From the human T2T-CHM13v2.0 reference genome, Homo sapiens, in NCBI RefSeq assembly GCF_009914755.1, contig NC_060934.1: a stretch of 64,000 nt of DNA; one strand, given 5' to 3'. The notes under the pieces were generated by a model that made no database searches, was not told where the DNA came from, and saw nothing but the letters and a program-made list of their open reading frames with translations. Below are positions 12,039 to 28,012 of the stretch, in pieces. The position numbers and the translations under genes were made by a program. Each line of letters starts with the position of its first letter. Position 1 is the stretch's first letter.

Positions 12039-14287
12039 TATTACATCTTTAGTATGGCTTCAAAATAACTAAACGATTAAACTACCTTTTTGGCATTTGA
12101 TGTGTCTTCTAAATTAAATTTATTGCTCAAAGATGGAAATTACTGTTTGATTAGACAAGTTCAGTTGTCTAAATCTTCTCCCTATTCTCTTACCTCTCTA
12201 GCCTATTGACATTTGGAGAAAGGCCCAAACACCCTGGAATCTTTGCCTCACTATCCTGCCATAGGATAGTTTCCACTTTCAGATACTCCTTTGGGCAGAG
12301 TTACTAGAGGCTCCTTTTAAAACTCTGATGTTTTCTTTAAGAGCTAGTCTCTTGGAAAAGACCAAGAAAGGTCCTGAGTATGAGCTATAACTCAAAAAAG
12401 CCTGGGGCCATTTGCAAGAGGGGTAAACCCTAGCCTGATGGGGGTTAAGGTCCTGGCACTGTAGATATGAAAAGGGAGAGACCAGGACTCCAAAGACAAA
12501 CCACGGAAGACAACTCGGATTCCTTTAAGATTTTGCCTATGGTTGGCTCTACTTCTTAATACTTCTGTATTACCTTAATCATTACTTCTGAATACAGTAA
12601 CATGCATTTACTACTGATGGGACAAAAAAAATTGATTAAAAATTTTTGTGTTTATTTCACTATCTCTGGTGTTCTCTTTTCCAAAAGACATCTTTTTACT
12701 TAAGTAATATAGCATGGATAAAGAAGTCTTTCTGGTGCAAAAAAACCATCCACCCCTCAACTTCTGACTTTCAGTGATTGATATATAAATCGTTTAAAAA
12801 ATGAAACTTAGCTTTCTCTAATAAATATGTTAAAAGAATTTTAAAAATAAGTTTTCATGTTAAGTATTTCTGTTTAAATCTGGAGGAAAGTAGTTCTTTA
12901 AATATACAAAGCTTATTCTCAATTTTAATGCAGTATGTATGCTTTCTGCATATTAGAGCAGGGAAAGGAGAAGAAAGGGAGGCAAGAAGAAAAATCTGGC
13001 TAGGTAGTAGAAAGGCTAGAGTGCCTGGTAAGTCTGTGAAGAGAAAAGGTCAGGATACCATGGAAATCAACTGGAATATGAAGAAGAGGAAAGGCAGGTA
13101 GTTCAGATGGGGAATCCTAGAAGCTAAAAGATCATTGAGTTTCTTCACACACCTGTTAATAACATAGATATGCTCACACACTCCTCCATCTTGAAATCCT
13201 TTCTATAATAAACCTGCCAAGTAATTGTCCAGCCATTCCTTGAACATCCAATTTGGGAGATTACTCTTCAGAAAATACATTTCGATACAATACATCACTC
13301 TATCAATCTCTCACACTGAACTGAAACCACTTTCTCTCTAAATTTCTCTTAATAGACCTAGTTCTACCTTAGGGTTAGAGTCACCACCAGTCTATATTGT
13401 GTTTTTGTGCAAATTAGAAAAGGTGTTCTCAGTAAAAGGAAAAAACCCTCTAGAGCTGCCTGCCCCCTTTATCGGAATTAGAGAAAGTTACTATTTTCCC
13501 ATCTGGACTTGGCCCCTACGAAGGCACATAGCTTATCAAATAAAACATTAGCTGGATTTAGCTCTCTCCTTCCCATTTTTCTCCTCAGTTGGGCACCTGT
13601 GTATAGCAAGCAGCCTGACAACTATATCTGAAGTTTGGCTTAGGGTCACACAGGAAAAAACAAATCCTTATCCACAAGCCAGTTACATGAAAACAGCTCT
13701 TACATGTCTCTAAATCTTCTGAAGGCCAGACATCAATAATTCCTTATTCTTATTCTTCTTATGTGATATAGTTTTAGATCCAAAAATCTTCTCTGAACAA
13801 ACTGGTTTAACTATCTTCTCTTTCATATCTGATGCCCCAGATTAAATATAGAGATACTCAGGTGTACAGAACAAGTATAATTATGTAGCTTTGCTATCAA
13901 ATACATTGTTTCATATTCTATAATTGATTAATAAAGCCAAAACTGTTAAACCTTTTTCAGTAGCTAGAATATACTTCCAAATCATTGAAGCTACAGGATT
14001 CTATTATCTCTGTGTATTCCTCCCCCCCTTTTTTGGTGATTGCTAAGCTCTGTTTTTCTTATCCTATATATATATGTGGTTGGTTTTTATTTTAGGATTT
14101 TAAGGTTATCCCTAATAAATTTTGAGATGTGTTCCATAGCTAGCCTGTTGAGATCTTTTTATATCAAAAGTTAATATCTGTGGATTTGTAATCATTCTTT
14201 CTACATATTTAACAAAGTCATTAGCAAAATATTGAACAAAACCTGTTATTCATATCCTTAGATACAGAACATCAATATCCTGAGATA

Positions 14288-14467
14288 CAGTACATCATCA
14301 AAATGTGGTCCCCAAATGAGCAGCAATAGCATCATGTGGGAGCTTGTTAGAAATGCAAATCTTGGGCCCCACCTGCTGAATTGGGAACTCTGGGGATGAG
14401 GCCCAGCAATTTGCTTGAATAGACCCTCCAGTTGATTCTGTTGCATGATAAAGTTTGAGAACCGCTG
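14288..14467. mobile_element. MER5A (hAT-Charlie MITE)
   Basis: gggagcttgttagaaatgcaaatcttgggcccc...aagtttgagaaccgctg. Confidence 0.85.
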
Positions 14468-15464
14468 TATTACATGGACCTCTCCTTTGTATCTATTTAG
14501 GTCAATTATTCAGAACCTTATGGGTACCTTAAGATTTCTCAGCCAGTTGCTAATCCTCTGATTGAATCTAACTCACAGTTTGGCATCTTGCTCCATGTTA
14601 TGAGCAGCTTCTGTCAGAAGCCTTGCTAGCATGAAGAGTTAATAACAGCAATTGAATTTTCCTTATCTACCAGTCTAATTACCCTTTCAAATAAGAAAAT
14701 GACATTACTCGGATTCGTCATAAATCCGTATTGACTCATAGTGATCACTTTCTCTTGAAGACTCTCAGAAATCTTTACTTAATAGCCTGTGATTGGTTCT
14801 CAGGATTAACATAAAATCCTGCTAGTCTGTGATATGCTAGCAAGAGAGCCATAGTCCAAGGAAGTCCAGTAGCAAGGATCAGGAACTCAGATTGGAAATC
14901 ATGAGCCACCAAAGAAATGCTGGGCAACTCAGAAAAGATGCTTAAATCATAAAATTTAAGCAATAAGAAGTGAGTTTCATTTACAAGATTGAAATATAAG
15001 CACCAACAATGGCCTTTATTCTGTGCTAGATTTTCCTTTTATTTGGTTTAATCAGAATCCAAATGTTTATTTTCCCATTCTTGTTACTCTGTGAAAAACA
15101 TCATACATGTATTTCCTCAGCCTCAAAATGTCAATCTGCAGGTAGAAACAAATAGCACATCTAGATGTAGTGGGGGAGGTGGAAAGGTGGAAATAATTCA
15201 GTTACTGACAAATTATTCTATACCATCATTCAGCCATGTACTTTTTGTTTTTGTTCGTTTTATTTTTCTGATGATGAAGAAGAATTAGCATTGACCCATC
15301 TATGTGCTCATTTGTTTTTTGAAACAATGTGTTGGTGCTCTTTTTTTTGGTATTCCTTGTGACGGGTGACACACGTACCTGTGAGTTAAATTAGCTTGAG
15401 CTAAAATTTCAGTCTGTAATTATGAAACAGAACTTTTTCCCATGTTAAGTCAACTTCTTTATAG

Positions 15465-16080
15465 GAAGATTCATTTGTGCAAATGTTTAACGAGAACCTA
15501 TTATATGTTTGTTATATACTGGGAAATCAAAGATAAACTTCAAAGATTTCATAGTCTGGCTGGGTACGAGACAGGTACATAACTGTAATAGAGCATAATT
15601 AATTGTTTATAGAATATGTATTATGTGTAGAGAGGGGGCAATTAATTCTGTATGCTGTGGGATTGAGAAGATTGACTATGACCGAAGTAAAATTTGAGCT
15701 GGGTAAAAAGTAAAAATTGAGATGGATAAGATTTCACCAAAAGCAGGGAAGGGCATTCTGAACAGAGGGAATGAGACAGACAAAAGCACTGTGATAAGAC
15801 AATGTTTAGGGAATCTTCAAATAATCATATGTGGATGGACTACAAAATGGAGCTTTTTAATTAGGACCATGACATGATTAAATCTGTGTCATAGAATGTT
15901 AACTCTAGTGTCATTTAGAAATTTGTACTGGAATGAGGCAGAGACTGAAAGCAGGAAGACCTGTTAAAAGGCTGTTGAACTTTTCCATGTGAAATACAAA
16001 AAAAGCTTAACCTTCATCAGTGGGAATGGAGAGTATGGATTCCAGGCATTTTGGAGGAGGGAATACATAAAAAGAGTGAA
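15465..16080 (-). mobile_element. Degraded L2
   Basis: L2-like motifs (ttcatttgtgcaaatgttt; gggaagggcattctgaacagaggga). Confidence 0.55.
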
Positions 16081-17762
16081 TGAGTAAAGGTACAATTTGA
16101 TATGATTTAACCATCCAGGATGGATAGTTTAATTAAATTCAACATAGAAGATTTGAAATTGCAGGTATCTTACAGAGTGCTATGCTCATAATAAAAGGTC
16201 TACAGATGTTTGTTTATTGACTAAATTAACAAAGTAACAAATCAGGAACTCTCTGTAACCAACACTGGTCTCTTCTAGAGTTCTACCTTTGTTGTCAGAA
16301 AGTTAAGACCCAGCTGATACTGCTGTATTTCAACTCAAGACCATTTAACTCCTTGATCTAAACAAAACTAATCATTATTTCTTTCATAAAAATTCTTCAC
16401 ATATTTGATGACTGAAGAATGACCTTTTAACTTTATCTTTCTGAGCTAAGTAGTTATTTTTTAAAATGTTTCCTTGTAGGGTATTTTCACATGCCTTTTT
16501 GTAAATTTTCTTTGGATCTTTTCCTGTTTTTCTACTTTTTTAACCTATACTTGGTCAAAGTGGATACAATGTCTAAGTTCAGGAATATAGAATTATATGA
16601 ACTTATATAGAACTTTTCTTTTTTAAATTGCTTTCAGATCAGTCTTAAGATGGTCTGAGTACATGTCAGGAAGTTGAGACCTTGCTTCCAGTCCTGGCTT
16701 TGCCTCTAACTTGAGCAAGTTGACTTGGACAAACCCTTCAACCATCAAGAGGCCTAAATTTTTCCCATAACACATGGAATTTGGAAGTGATAAATGTTTC
16801 AAGATAACGTCCTGGTTCTAAGATTCAAAGGCAGTTAAATGTTAAGACATTGAAGAGTGTGGGGCTTTGAAGTCATATATTAATTATGTCTTCATATCTA
16901 TTATGTGCATGGCATTGAGGGAATACAGTGGTAAGCAAAACAGAAAAGGTCTTTACCCTCTTGGAGTTTAAGTCCAGTGGGGAAACAGTAATTAATAACT
17001 TCATTAATAAATATGACTATAAATTGTTAAACTTTGTAAAAGTATATGGTATGAGAATACTAGGTAGGATCTATGTATGAATATAGAGGTTAACTTTTGG
17101 TTAATTTGACCATAACCATCATGCTAGTATAACTGCATGTTTGGAGACAGTCAGGAAGATAACCAGGAATACATACTTGGAAATTGCAAAAATAGCTCCC
17201 TCTGAAAGCTACATTGAACCTTTGATCTTAGTATAAATTTTATACAAGTTCAAGATAAATGTCTTCTTATTTGGAGGAGCATTTGCCAAGGTATGAGAAT
17301 GATGTTCTGAATCAGTGTATGTACTTTGTTTTATATTTATTAAATACTTATTATATATTGGGTACCAATATAGATACCTTATAGATATAACCATATAGAA
17401 GAAAAGATTAATATGTCTTCTAAACAAGTTCTTACAAAGGTGTCACAGAAATTCTTCCTGTTACTAAGAAAATACAGACTATTTCCCAAGCATCAGGCAA
17501 TCAGAAAGACCTATTCTATATTTGAAGTATCCAGAGTAGGTCTAGAATACATTTTTAAATTCATTCTGCCCAAATGTCTAAGTTAGGTTATTAGCTCCTA
17601 AGGGTTTAACATCTGAAATCTGTAGGTATTAGAAAAGGCATTAGAATAGCTCCAGATTAAAGAGTGCTGGCACCTATTTCAATGGTGAGTTATTGGAGAG
17701 TAGATAAGTTTCTTAATGTGAAAGCCTTGGTCTTTCTTAATTTTTGGATAAAAACTTAACCT

Positions 17763-18065
17763 GCTGGGCACAATGGCTCATGCCTGTAATCCCAGCACTT
17801 TGGGAGGCCACGACTGGAGAATCGCTTGAGCCCAGGGGTTCGAGACCAGCCTGGGCAAAATAGGGAGATTTCATCTCTGCAAAAAAAATTAAAATTACTC
17901 AGATGTGGTGGTGCACATGTGTAGTCCCAGCCACTCAGGAGGCTGAGGTGGGAGAATTGCTTGAGCCTGGAAGGTCAAGGCTGCAGTGAGCCGTGATCAT
18001 GCCACTGTACTCCCGCCTGGGTGACAGAGTGAGACCCTGTCTCAAAAACAAAACAAAACAAGAAA
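17763..18065 (+). mobile_element. AluJ
   Basis: aaggtcaaggctgcagtgagccgtgatc (J diagnostics). Confidence 0.92.
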
Positions 18066-18519
18066 GCTTAGCCAAAAAAGAAAAAAAAAAAGGATGCTGT
18101 TTATAGAGTTTTAGCGACTATGACCTCTAATTCTAGCCTTGAAAAAGGGCTGTGCCCCATAATAAAAGTATTAAGGCAAAATCATCTGGATGGTAAGAGA
18201 AGAATATTTCAGTGCCTTTTTAAAAAGTAAGCTGGATGCTGTTACACTGTTTGGATACCTGAATTTGTTCCTGGTTTGGATACCTGAATTTGATACCTAA
18301 CCTATCTGATGGAGGATACTTTGCCCAGGTTTAATTCCAAGAAATGGAGAAAACTAGATACTACTTTATATAAAAATGAGGTGATGAAGGTAGAGTAACA
18401 GTTGGTCCTCGAGGTTTGCATCCCACTGTTGCTGACCGCATACAGCAGAAAATACATCTAAAAGCCAAGAATCCTAACTCTCCTGATTCCCAGGCATAAG
18501 TTCTTCACCACCAGAAAAA

Positions 18520-18534
18520 CCACTAGATGGTGCT
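18520..18534 (+). promoter_or_regulatory. Candidate CTCF site
   Basis: CCACTAGATGGTGCT closely matches the CCASYAGRKGGCRS core, with one C>T at the CpG-prone position. Confidence 0.45.
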
Positions 18535-19202
18535 CTTAGTCATTCCTTCTAACGACACAGCTGGTTCACATGGGATACTTTGTTTGTCTAATAACAAAGT
18601 TTGTTAAACAAAACTTGAGTTCTTACTAGCTACTTTAATATTCAGATCTAGATAGAAATGAAATTACAAGAAGTATCTTCAAATAGAATGAATATTGGCA
18701 TTCATATTCAGCCATTTATTTAGTTACAGAATTATTCCATTTTATATGCACCTGTGTGGTCATTTGCAAGCAAGATCTTAAAACTTTAGCTTAGCCTCCT
18801 CCCCTTTCTTTCAGTCTTTTGTCAAGCTTCTGATGTATTCCCTCTTATGACTCCATGGGCCCTTTTTCTCCCCCACCCTCTTTACCCCCTGACAATTCTT
18901 CCTACCCTGTATGGATGTTTTCTATATCTACATTGTAAACAATCTACATTCTCTGCCTTATGATAAAGATAACTGTCTGCCTAGAACAAGATTTTTCAAG
19001 GACTTCTGAGTTTAATTCCCTCTGAGTTTAATTTCAGAGTAGGTTTTATATTTTCCAGTCAAGATAAATACTTATGGCCTGACATCTTGGCAATTTTCCT
19101 TCCCCCCTCGTAACAAACCCTTTACATTTTGCATAGATCCTGAGGGGAAGGGCCTGTTTTCCTACTCAAAAAAATTTTTTTTTTATATATACAAATAACT
19201 CA

Positions 19203-19603
<401 letters not shown>

Positions 19604-19775
19604 TTACCCCGCATACATTATTTTTTGTTCCCACTTTCATCTAAATTGATTCAAACTAGTCTTCTTCCAAGTTAGGCTGATATAGCAGAGTTTTACTCTA
19701 TTGTTATAATATACCTTCCCAATAAGATCAGACACCTCCTTCTCTAATCTAAGAATATTTGAAAACTTGGAATCA

Positions 19776-20079
19776 GGCCGGGTGCGGTGGCTCACGCCTG
19801 TAATTCAGCACTTTGGGAGGCCAAGGTGGGCGGATCACCTGAGGTCAGGAGTTTGAGACTAGCCTGGGCAGCATGGTGAAACCCCTTCTCTTCTAAAAAT
19901 ACAAAATTAGCAGGGCCTGGTGGTGCATGCCTGTAATCAAAGCTACTCAGGAGGCTGAGGCAGGAGAATCTCGCTTGAACCTGGGAGGTAGGGGTTGCAT
20001 TGAGCCAAAATTGTGCCATTGCACTCCAGCCTGGGCAACAGAGTGAGACTCCATCTCAAAAAAAGAAAAGAAAAGAAAA
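19776..20079 (+). mobile_element. AluS
   Basis: Full dimer; TSD gaaaacttg(g/a)aatca. Confidence 0.95.
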
Positions 20080-20820
20080 CTTGAAATCATTTATTATTGC
20101 AGAAAATAAGAGGAAATGAATATCCTGAAGTTATTTTGTTTATTAAAAAGGAAATAGTCAAATTGGAGGCATTAAGAGAAAAAAACAAAGATTTGGAATC
20201 TCTTAAAAAAGAACACTTCATAGTCTGGAAATGATTTTTACATATCTTATTGGGAAACCAGGATCAATGTGTGTTATTTAAAAATACCCTTAAAGGCATG
20301 GCTAAATGACAAAAACAAAGACACCATAATAGGGGGGGAAGTGGGCATTATTGTTTTTAAAATTTTAAAGATGGTCCAAGGGAGGAGAATTAGGAATCCC
20401 CAAAATATGACAAATTATATACAAAATGAGAATCTGAATGAGCCAAAAAGTAATTTGACGATAGTACTTCTAGAGATTTCAAAAATTAGTCATCAATTCT
20501 TTAAAAATTTAAAAGATTAAAATTGACCCCATGAATTATTGGGACCATAGACAATATTAGTAGAAATGATTTGTATTACTATTTATTCATTCAACACACA
20601 TTTATTGACTGTTTCCTAGGTGACAGGTATGGTGTATGTAACTACTTCCCAGGAGCTTCTTGTTTAGTGGAAGAGCTCATGATTTAGTTTTAATTGAAGA
20701 AACTATTAGGAGTATTTTCACCCACCCTAAATTACTTTTATATAAATACACTAAGTGTATACAGTTATGTTCTTGATTTGCACTGTTAAATAAATACATA
20801 TGGCTAGGAAATTTAAATTA

Positions 20821-21122
20821 AGCTGGATGCAGTGCCTCATACCTGTAATCTCAGCACTTCGAGAGGCCAGGGCAGGACGACTGCTTGAGGCCAGGAGTTT
20901 GAGACTGGCCTAGGCAACATAGTCCCCCTGTCTCTACAGAAAATAAAAAAAATAACCAGACATGATGGCACCTGTAGTCCCAGCTACTCAGGAGGCTGAG
21001 AGGGGAGGATTGCTTGAGCCCAGGAGGTTGAGGGAGGCTGCAGTGAGCTGTGATGGCACTCCAGTCTGGGCAACAGAGTGAGACCCTGTCGCAAAAAAAA
21101 TTAACTAAAATAAAACCAAAAA
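20821..21122 (+). mobile_element. AluJ
   Basis: Diverged dimer with J diagnostics. Confidence 0.9.
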
Positions 21123-21269
21123 TTAAGTTTAGCATGGATATTACATTTCATTATTGCAGAACATTCTCTTGGACAGCACCATTCTAAATCTAATCAACAA
21201 GCTACATAATATATCACTATCCAATACTGGATGACATTCCTTAGAATTTATTTATGGTTCTGTTTTTCT

Positions 21270-21990
21270 TCATTCATTTAAGAAACTTTCATTGAATACT
21301 CATTATAAGTCAGGCATTGCGCTAGGTGATAAGAATGTAGAAGTGAAGTTACCGTCCCTGCTCTCAGGGAGTTCATGATTTAGTGGGAAGACCCAGACAG
21401 ATAAACAATTACAAGGCAGCAAAGTGAGTGCTGAAGTTAGGCTGTGCACAGGAAGTTGCAGTGAGAACACAGAGAAAGGACATAAGCCAACCTGCAGGGA
21501 TAATGGAAGTCTTCCCAAGGAAGACGATGATTGAAGGATAAATAAGAGTTTACCCAGATGGAAAATAAGAGGAAGGATGCTGTAGGCAGAGGGATCAAAG
21601 CATCATGGAAAGAGAGTGGTATATGCATGGAAGTACAGGTAGTTTGGTGTGGTATAGAAACTAAGGTGCCCCTAGGGAAATGATGAGATGAGGCTGGCAG
21701 ATAGACAAAGGCTAGATTGCAAAGGACCTTAGCCTTGTTTTATTTGAAGATGATGGGGAACTATTGAAGGATGTTAAACTGTGAGGTGGCACAAGTCACA
21801 TCTGTGTAAATCCTACTGGAAGAAGTGGATGGAGAGGTTGCACCAGAAGCAGGGAGATCAGATAGGGTGTGTTTCAGTAATCCAAGCAAGAAATGATGAT
21901 AGTTTGTACTAAGGTAGAAACAAATTCAGACTCAGGAGATATTTTGGGAAGTAGAAACAACAAGATTGACTGCAGTTGAGTTTTAAAGAA
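21270..21990 (-). mobile_element. L2 fragment
   Basis: cattcattt...caggcattgcgctagg...ccctgctctcagggagttc, typical of an antisense L2 3' end. Confidence 0.7.
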
Positions 21991-22304
21991 ATAAAGGGAA
22001 AAATACGAAGCTGTGAATCAATAGCATATCATTACGAATGTCCTCTGTGCCAGATGATTATCAGATCACTAAATTGCCTTCTACCCCTAAAAAAATTTGA
22101 GAAAAAGCCCTGAGTGTTATAATCTAGTGAATTTCACTTCCATATTGATTAGATTCTTATGAGAGATGTGATAAAAGATGAGAGACTGAATACTTAATCA
22201 GATTCTGGATTAATGGAGTAAATGCCAGAAAACCTGAATTAGTTATATAATCCCGGGCAAGTCACTTTCCTTTTAATTTTTCTGCCCTGTAAAATGAAGG
22301 ACTC

Positions 22305-22652
<348 letters not shown>

Positions 22653-23080
22653 TCAAAGAGGTTGTCTCTTTCAGTTGCAAGATTTTATGATCCATCATCT
22701 GCATGCCCTATTTACTCAAGTAAGTTATTGTGATGCTCAGAGCAGATGGTGTGTGAGAAAGTGCTTAGTAAAGTATAAAGTGCTATATAAATTTATAGTA
22801 TCATTAATTTTGACATTGAGCTCTTTGGTTAAATGATAGTATCTTCAACAGGAACCTAGGGAGAAGAAAAATTATTTTAAGATTATTTTTAATGTAGAAA
22901 AATTCTGAGCATTAAGTAGATAATAACTATATGTCTAATTGAAATTGAGCTTATTTTTGTGCCTGATAAAATGAGTCTCCCTGCATCATAGAAAGTCTTT
23001 ATTTATGAGTATATGTGTATCTATCCATGGTGATGGTAGAAGCTATGGTAACATTTACAGCCTTGGTTGAGAACCACTAG

Positions 23081-23444
<364 letters not shown>

Positions 23445-23573
23445 AAAAAAAGTATTTTTTTAAAGTTAGAAAACACCTTTAATTTAAACACCTTTTATGA
23501 TTATAATATAAAAGGCCAACATAAAATAATGTATTTTACTATGTAATATAAAAGGTATAATTTTGCTTATCGT

Positions 23574-23780
23574 TTTTCTGTTAAGATGTAATGATACTAG
23601 AGAAAGGCAACTCAGCTACCTGGGCCATTTTCAGTTAAGATGTAATGATACTAGAGAAAGGCAACTCAGCTACCTAGGGCATAGTAGGGGGTAATGGTGA
23701 TACCACTGTATGAAAGTATACCACTTATTGTCTAGGGTAATGGTGATACCACTGTATGAAAGTATACCACTTATTGTCTA
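23574..23780. repeat. Two abutting tandem duplications (54 bp x2 and 46 bp x2)
   Basis: 23574-23627 vs 23628-23681 (51/54 identical); 23689-23734 vs 23735-23780 (identical). Confidence 0.95.
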
Positions 23781-24660
23781 ACAAGACAGTGATATGAATA
23801 AATTGTACTAAATACTGAAAAGTGTGGCTAGATTTGGTCACTAAATTTTGGTTTTCTAGAAAAAAGGGGTCTGAGAATGGTGAATTTAGTCACTTATCTA
23901 ATGACCATAACCTAGCAGAGAACCAAGAACAAAGGGGGAAAAGTGGTGCATCTCTGAGTAACCAAAAGGTTACTCATTCTCAAAAGGTACATGTGCTCAA
24001 AGGAACGTGTATAAAACCTATTAACCTTACTAGTAGGAGAGGCCCTTACTTAGGTTGTATTTGCTCTTACTTTAGACATAATTCTAGTAATTGATTAGCT
24101 GGCTTACCTGCTCAAGAAGAGTAAAGATAAAATTAATAAGACAGATGAGGGAGAGAGTAGGGAGTAAGAATTCATGTTAAAACTACCAGGGAGAAGGCAG
24201 AAAAATTAGAAAAGCTAGACACAAGAACTCAAATAGCGCAGCTTTTTAATAGAACAAAAAAACAGCTCTTACTTCCATAACAGCCCCTGGGAATTTTACT
24301 TTATAGAACAAAATGTATTCTTAATGGTGACCCAGAGAATTACGATACATTTTAGAATTTTGTAAAATATGCCTAAGATTAAAGAAAAATTCTGATGCTT
24401 AAAGCAAAAATTATACAACAGCAACATTCCCCAGAGATGCCAGATAAATTAAGCTGTGCAAATTTTCATTTATTTATTGTTTTTAATTGTTGATTTTGAG
24501 CCTTTCTAAACTATATTTCACACAGAATACACTAAATTTAAGAATTGCTTTTGTTATTCCAAGAACTATATAGGCTGAAATTTTAAATAGCTTCCAAAAT
24601 TCTAGCTCAGATAAATTCACAAATGGAACATCTATAATGTTCTCTAAAAAAATCAGAATA

Positions 24661-24935
24661 TCCAGCACTTTGGGAGGCCAAGACAGGGGTGTTGCTTTAG
24701 GCCAGGAGTTCAAGCCCAGCCTGTGCCACATAGCAATACCCTATCTCTACCAAAAAAACCCCCAAAAAAACAAAAAAATCATTAGCCAAGTGTGGAGATG
24801 CATGCCTGTAGTCCCAGCTACTTGGGAGGCTGATTCCTTGAGCCCAGGAGTTCGAGGTTGCAGTGAGTTATAATCATGCCACTGCAGCCTGGGTGACAGA
24901 TCGAGAAAAAGAAAAAAAAGAAGAAGAAAAGAAAA
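24661..24935 (+). mobile_element. 5'-truncated AluJ
   Basis: Alu body and A/G-rich tail. Confidence 0.88.
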
Positions 24936-25085
24936 TTAGAAATTAATGGGGTGGGAAAATGATTACAGGCATTCTTATCAGAGAAGCTTGCATGTAAAAT
25001 GACAGGGTCTTTTTTATGAGCCAAGTGTTTTAAGTTTTTAAAATAACTAATATTGGAATTGTCTTTAGTTTAATTAAGTAAGCTA

Positions 25086-25519
<434 letters not shown>

Positions 25520-26076
25520 TTAAAAGGCATGAACAGACATTCCTGCATCATCCTGATTTTTCTACTTAGAACATTTTACTTATTGTCTGCATGTAAAGTT
25601 GACTTCTTACCTTGGTGTCTGCCTTTTATTGCTATTAGCTAGAGGTGGGATTTTTTAATAGCACCTATTCTTTACCAAAGCAAATGTTTCAAAATATGTT
25701 GACAGCCATGGAATTGGTATCATTTTTAAATGCTTCTACAATCGTTCACCTAAGGCTAAAAAGGGTCAGAAAGCTTTACTTGATTGAAGTACGTTACTGT
25801 TAAATTTTAGTAAGAAAACCCTCCTAAATTTATTGTGATTAGGATTACAGTGATTAAATGGCAGATTAGAAATTTAAAATTATTAAAACACTTGAGGTAA
25901 TGGATGTGGAGAACTTTCTCAGTAGTGGAAATTGAAGTTTATAAATAATCTTCATTTGAAATGATTATGTGTAAATATTATAATGCATTTATAATGAGTA
26001 GAAATTAATTTATCAGTTAAACTCTTGTATATTTTGTGATCTCATTTTTATTCTTTTTTTTTCTTTCTTTTAATAG

Positions 26077-26150
26077 TGTTTGCCAGCTCTGAGCCTGTGC
26101 CAGGATTCCAGGGGGATACCCTGCAGCTAGCATTCATTGACCTCAGACAA
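26077..26150 (+). CDS. EXOC6: EXOC6 next coding exon, 74 nt, phase 1 to phase 0
   Basis: Long polypyrimidine tract and taatAG at 26075-26076; donor GTAAGA at 26151. T(9496)+TG gives Leu, then FASSEPVPGFQGDTLQLAFIDLRQ, in frame with the previous exon. Confidence 0.96.
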
Positions 26151-27349
26151 GTAAGATATAATAATGTACTTCCCATTTGTTGCCCTCTAACTCTTGCCCT
26201 CCCCTCACTTTTTTTTTTTATTAATGCTACAGGAATGCCTGTTTGCCTTGAAACAACCTATCTTAAGAAAAATCCTTCCTTGGTAACTATGTATTTGGCA
26301 CATCTCTTTGAACCTGTAATGCATTCAGTACCTCAACTTCATAGAGCATTCTCATCAGTGAATATTCAATTTATTTAATAGTCATTACCTGCTAAGCACA
26401 TTACTAAATCATAACTTTGTAGCTTGCTATAATGACACTTGATGTTCAAATTATTTCTTAATAATCTCATGGTCATATATGAAAATTGGTGGTATTAACA
26501 TTAATGTCAGGACCCAAGTTAAATGTAAATTATTACAACCTAGAAAGTAACCCCTTGCATAAAATTTTTTCAATGGTAAAGAATGCTATTTTTATAAATT
26601 TTCTGTTGATCCCAGAAAGAAGGATAAAATAAGTTTTAAAAATGTAATGAGACATTTACACAATTCTTTTCTGGCCACAATACTCTAAGTGTAGTAACAA
26701 ATATGGTCATTTAAAAACTCTATTCATTTTGCTACTCTGACATATCTATTGTCGTTTTATTTATTTTCTTCCCTTTTTCCACCTCTTTATTTTTTTTTAT
26801 TCTTTTCCTCCTCTTTTCTCTTCCTCTTTTTGTTTTTTTTTAATTCCTATTATTAAGTAGCTTAATAAAGCTGGGGAGTCACAAGGGGGTCATAGTAGGA
26901 AAGGAGGATCCAAGTTAGAGGGCTCAGGAGTGCTAGAATAGACAGTAGGAGTGACTGTGGCCTTTGCAAGAAGAACCATATGGAGATTGAATTAAAACAA
27001 AGCCACTGTGGTATCAGTCTATTAATGGTTCCCATTCCCTTTAGGGGATAGAGATGAGGCTTCATCATTGGTATGAACAGACTCTACCACAGTGATGTTT
27101 GGAGCAGCACCAGTTTGAGCAGTTAAGAAACTCTGACTTCAGTAAATGTTTGAGAATATAGATAATTCCAACCCACTGTTTCCTAAATACTTATTGTCTA
27201 TTATATATTCATTATTTGCAGAGGAAAGATGTGGTTGAAATAAATATAAAAGTAATATAAGAAATAGTTTTATCCTGATGGAGCTTAAACATGCTTTAGA
27301 GAAGCAAAACATAAACTGGTTAGGAATCCTTATAAGACAATGAGTTGCC

Positions 27350-27699
<350 letters not shown>

Positions 27700-28012
27700 T
27701 TATCTCCAAATTATGTCTGTAAAGTATGGTACATATAAAATATATTCATATGTACTTTTGTTTGCAGTCAGTGCTCAGATATTACGTCAAACAAGGAACA
27801 CTGTTATAGGTGACCTAGATCTGTAGATGATTAACCTTGCTGAGTTGGGAAAGATAGTAGAAAGTGAAGAAGGTGGTCTTTATTAGGTCATTTGACTATT
27901 TAAAAAACTGTCTTCTCTTTATCAAAGAATAAAAAAAATTTTATTTTTTGAAATCTTTAAATTATCACTGGCTAAGTAAATGACTATTATTTTACAGTCA
28001 CCTGTGATCCTA

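Noticed and set aside
23574-23780. Repeat-spacer-like pattern as a CRISPR array
   Set aside because: Two unrelated two-copy tandem duplications in a primate intron, with no unique spacers or cas genes.
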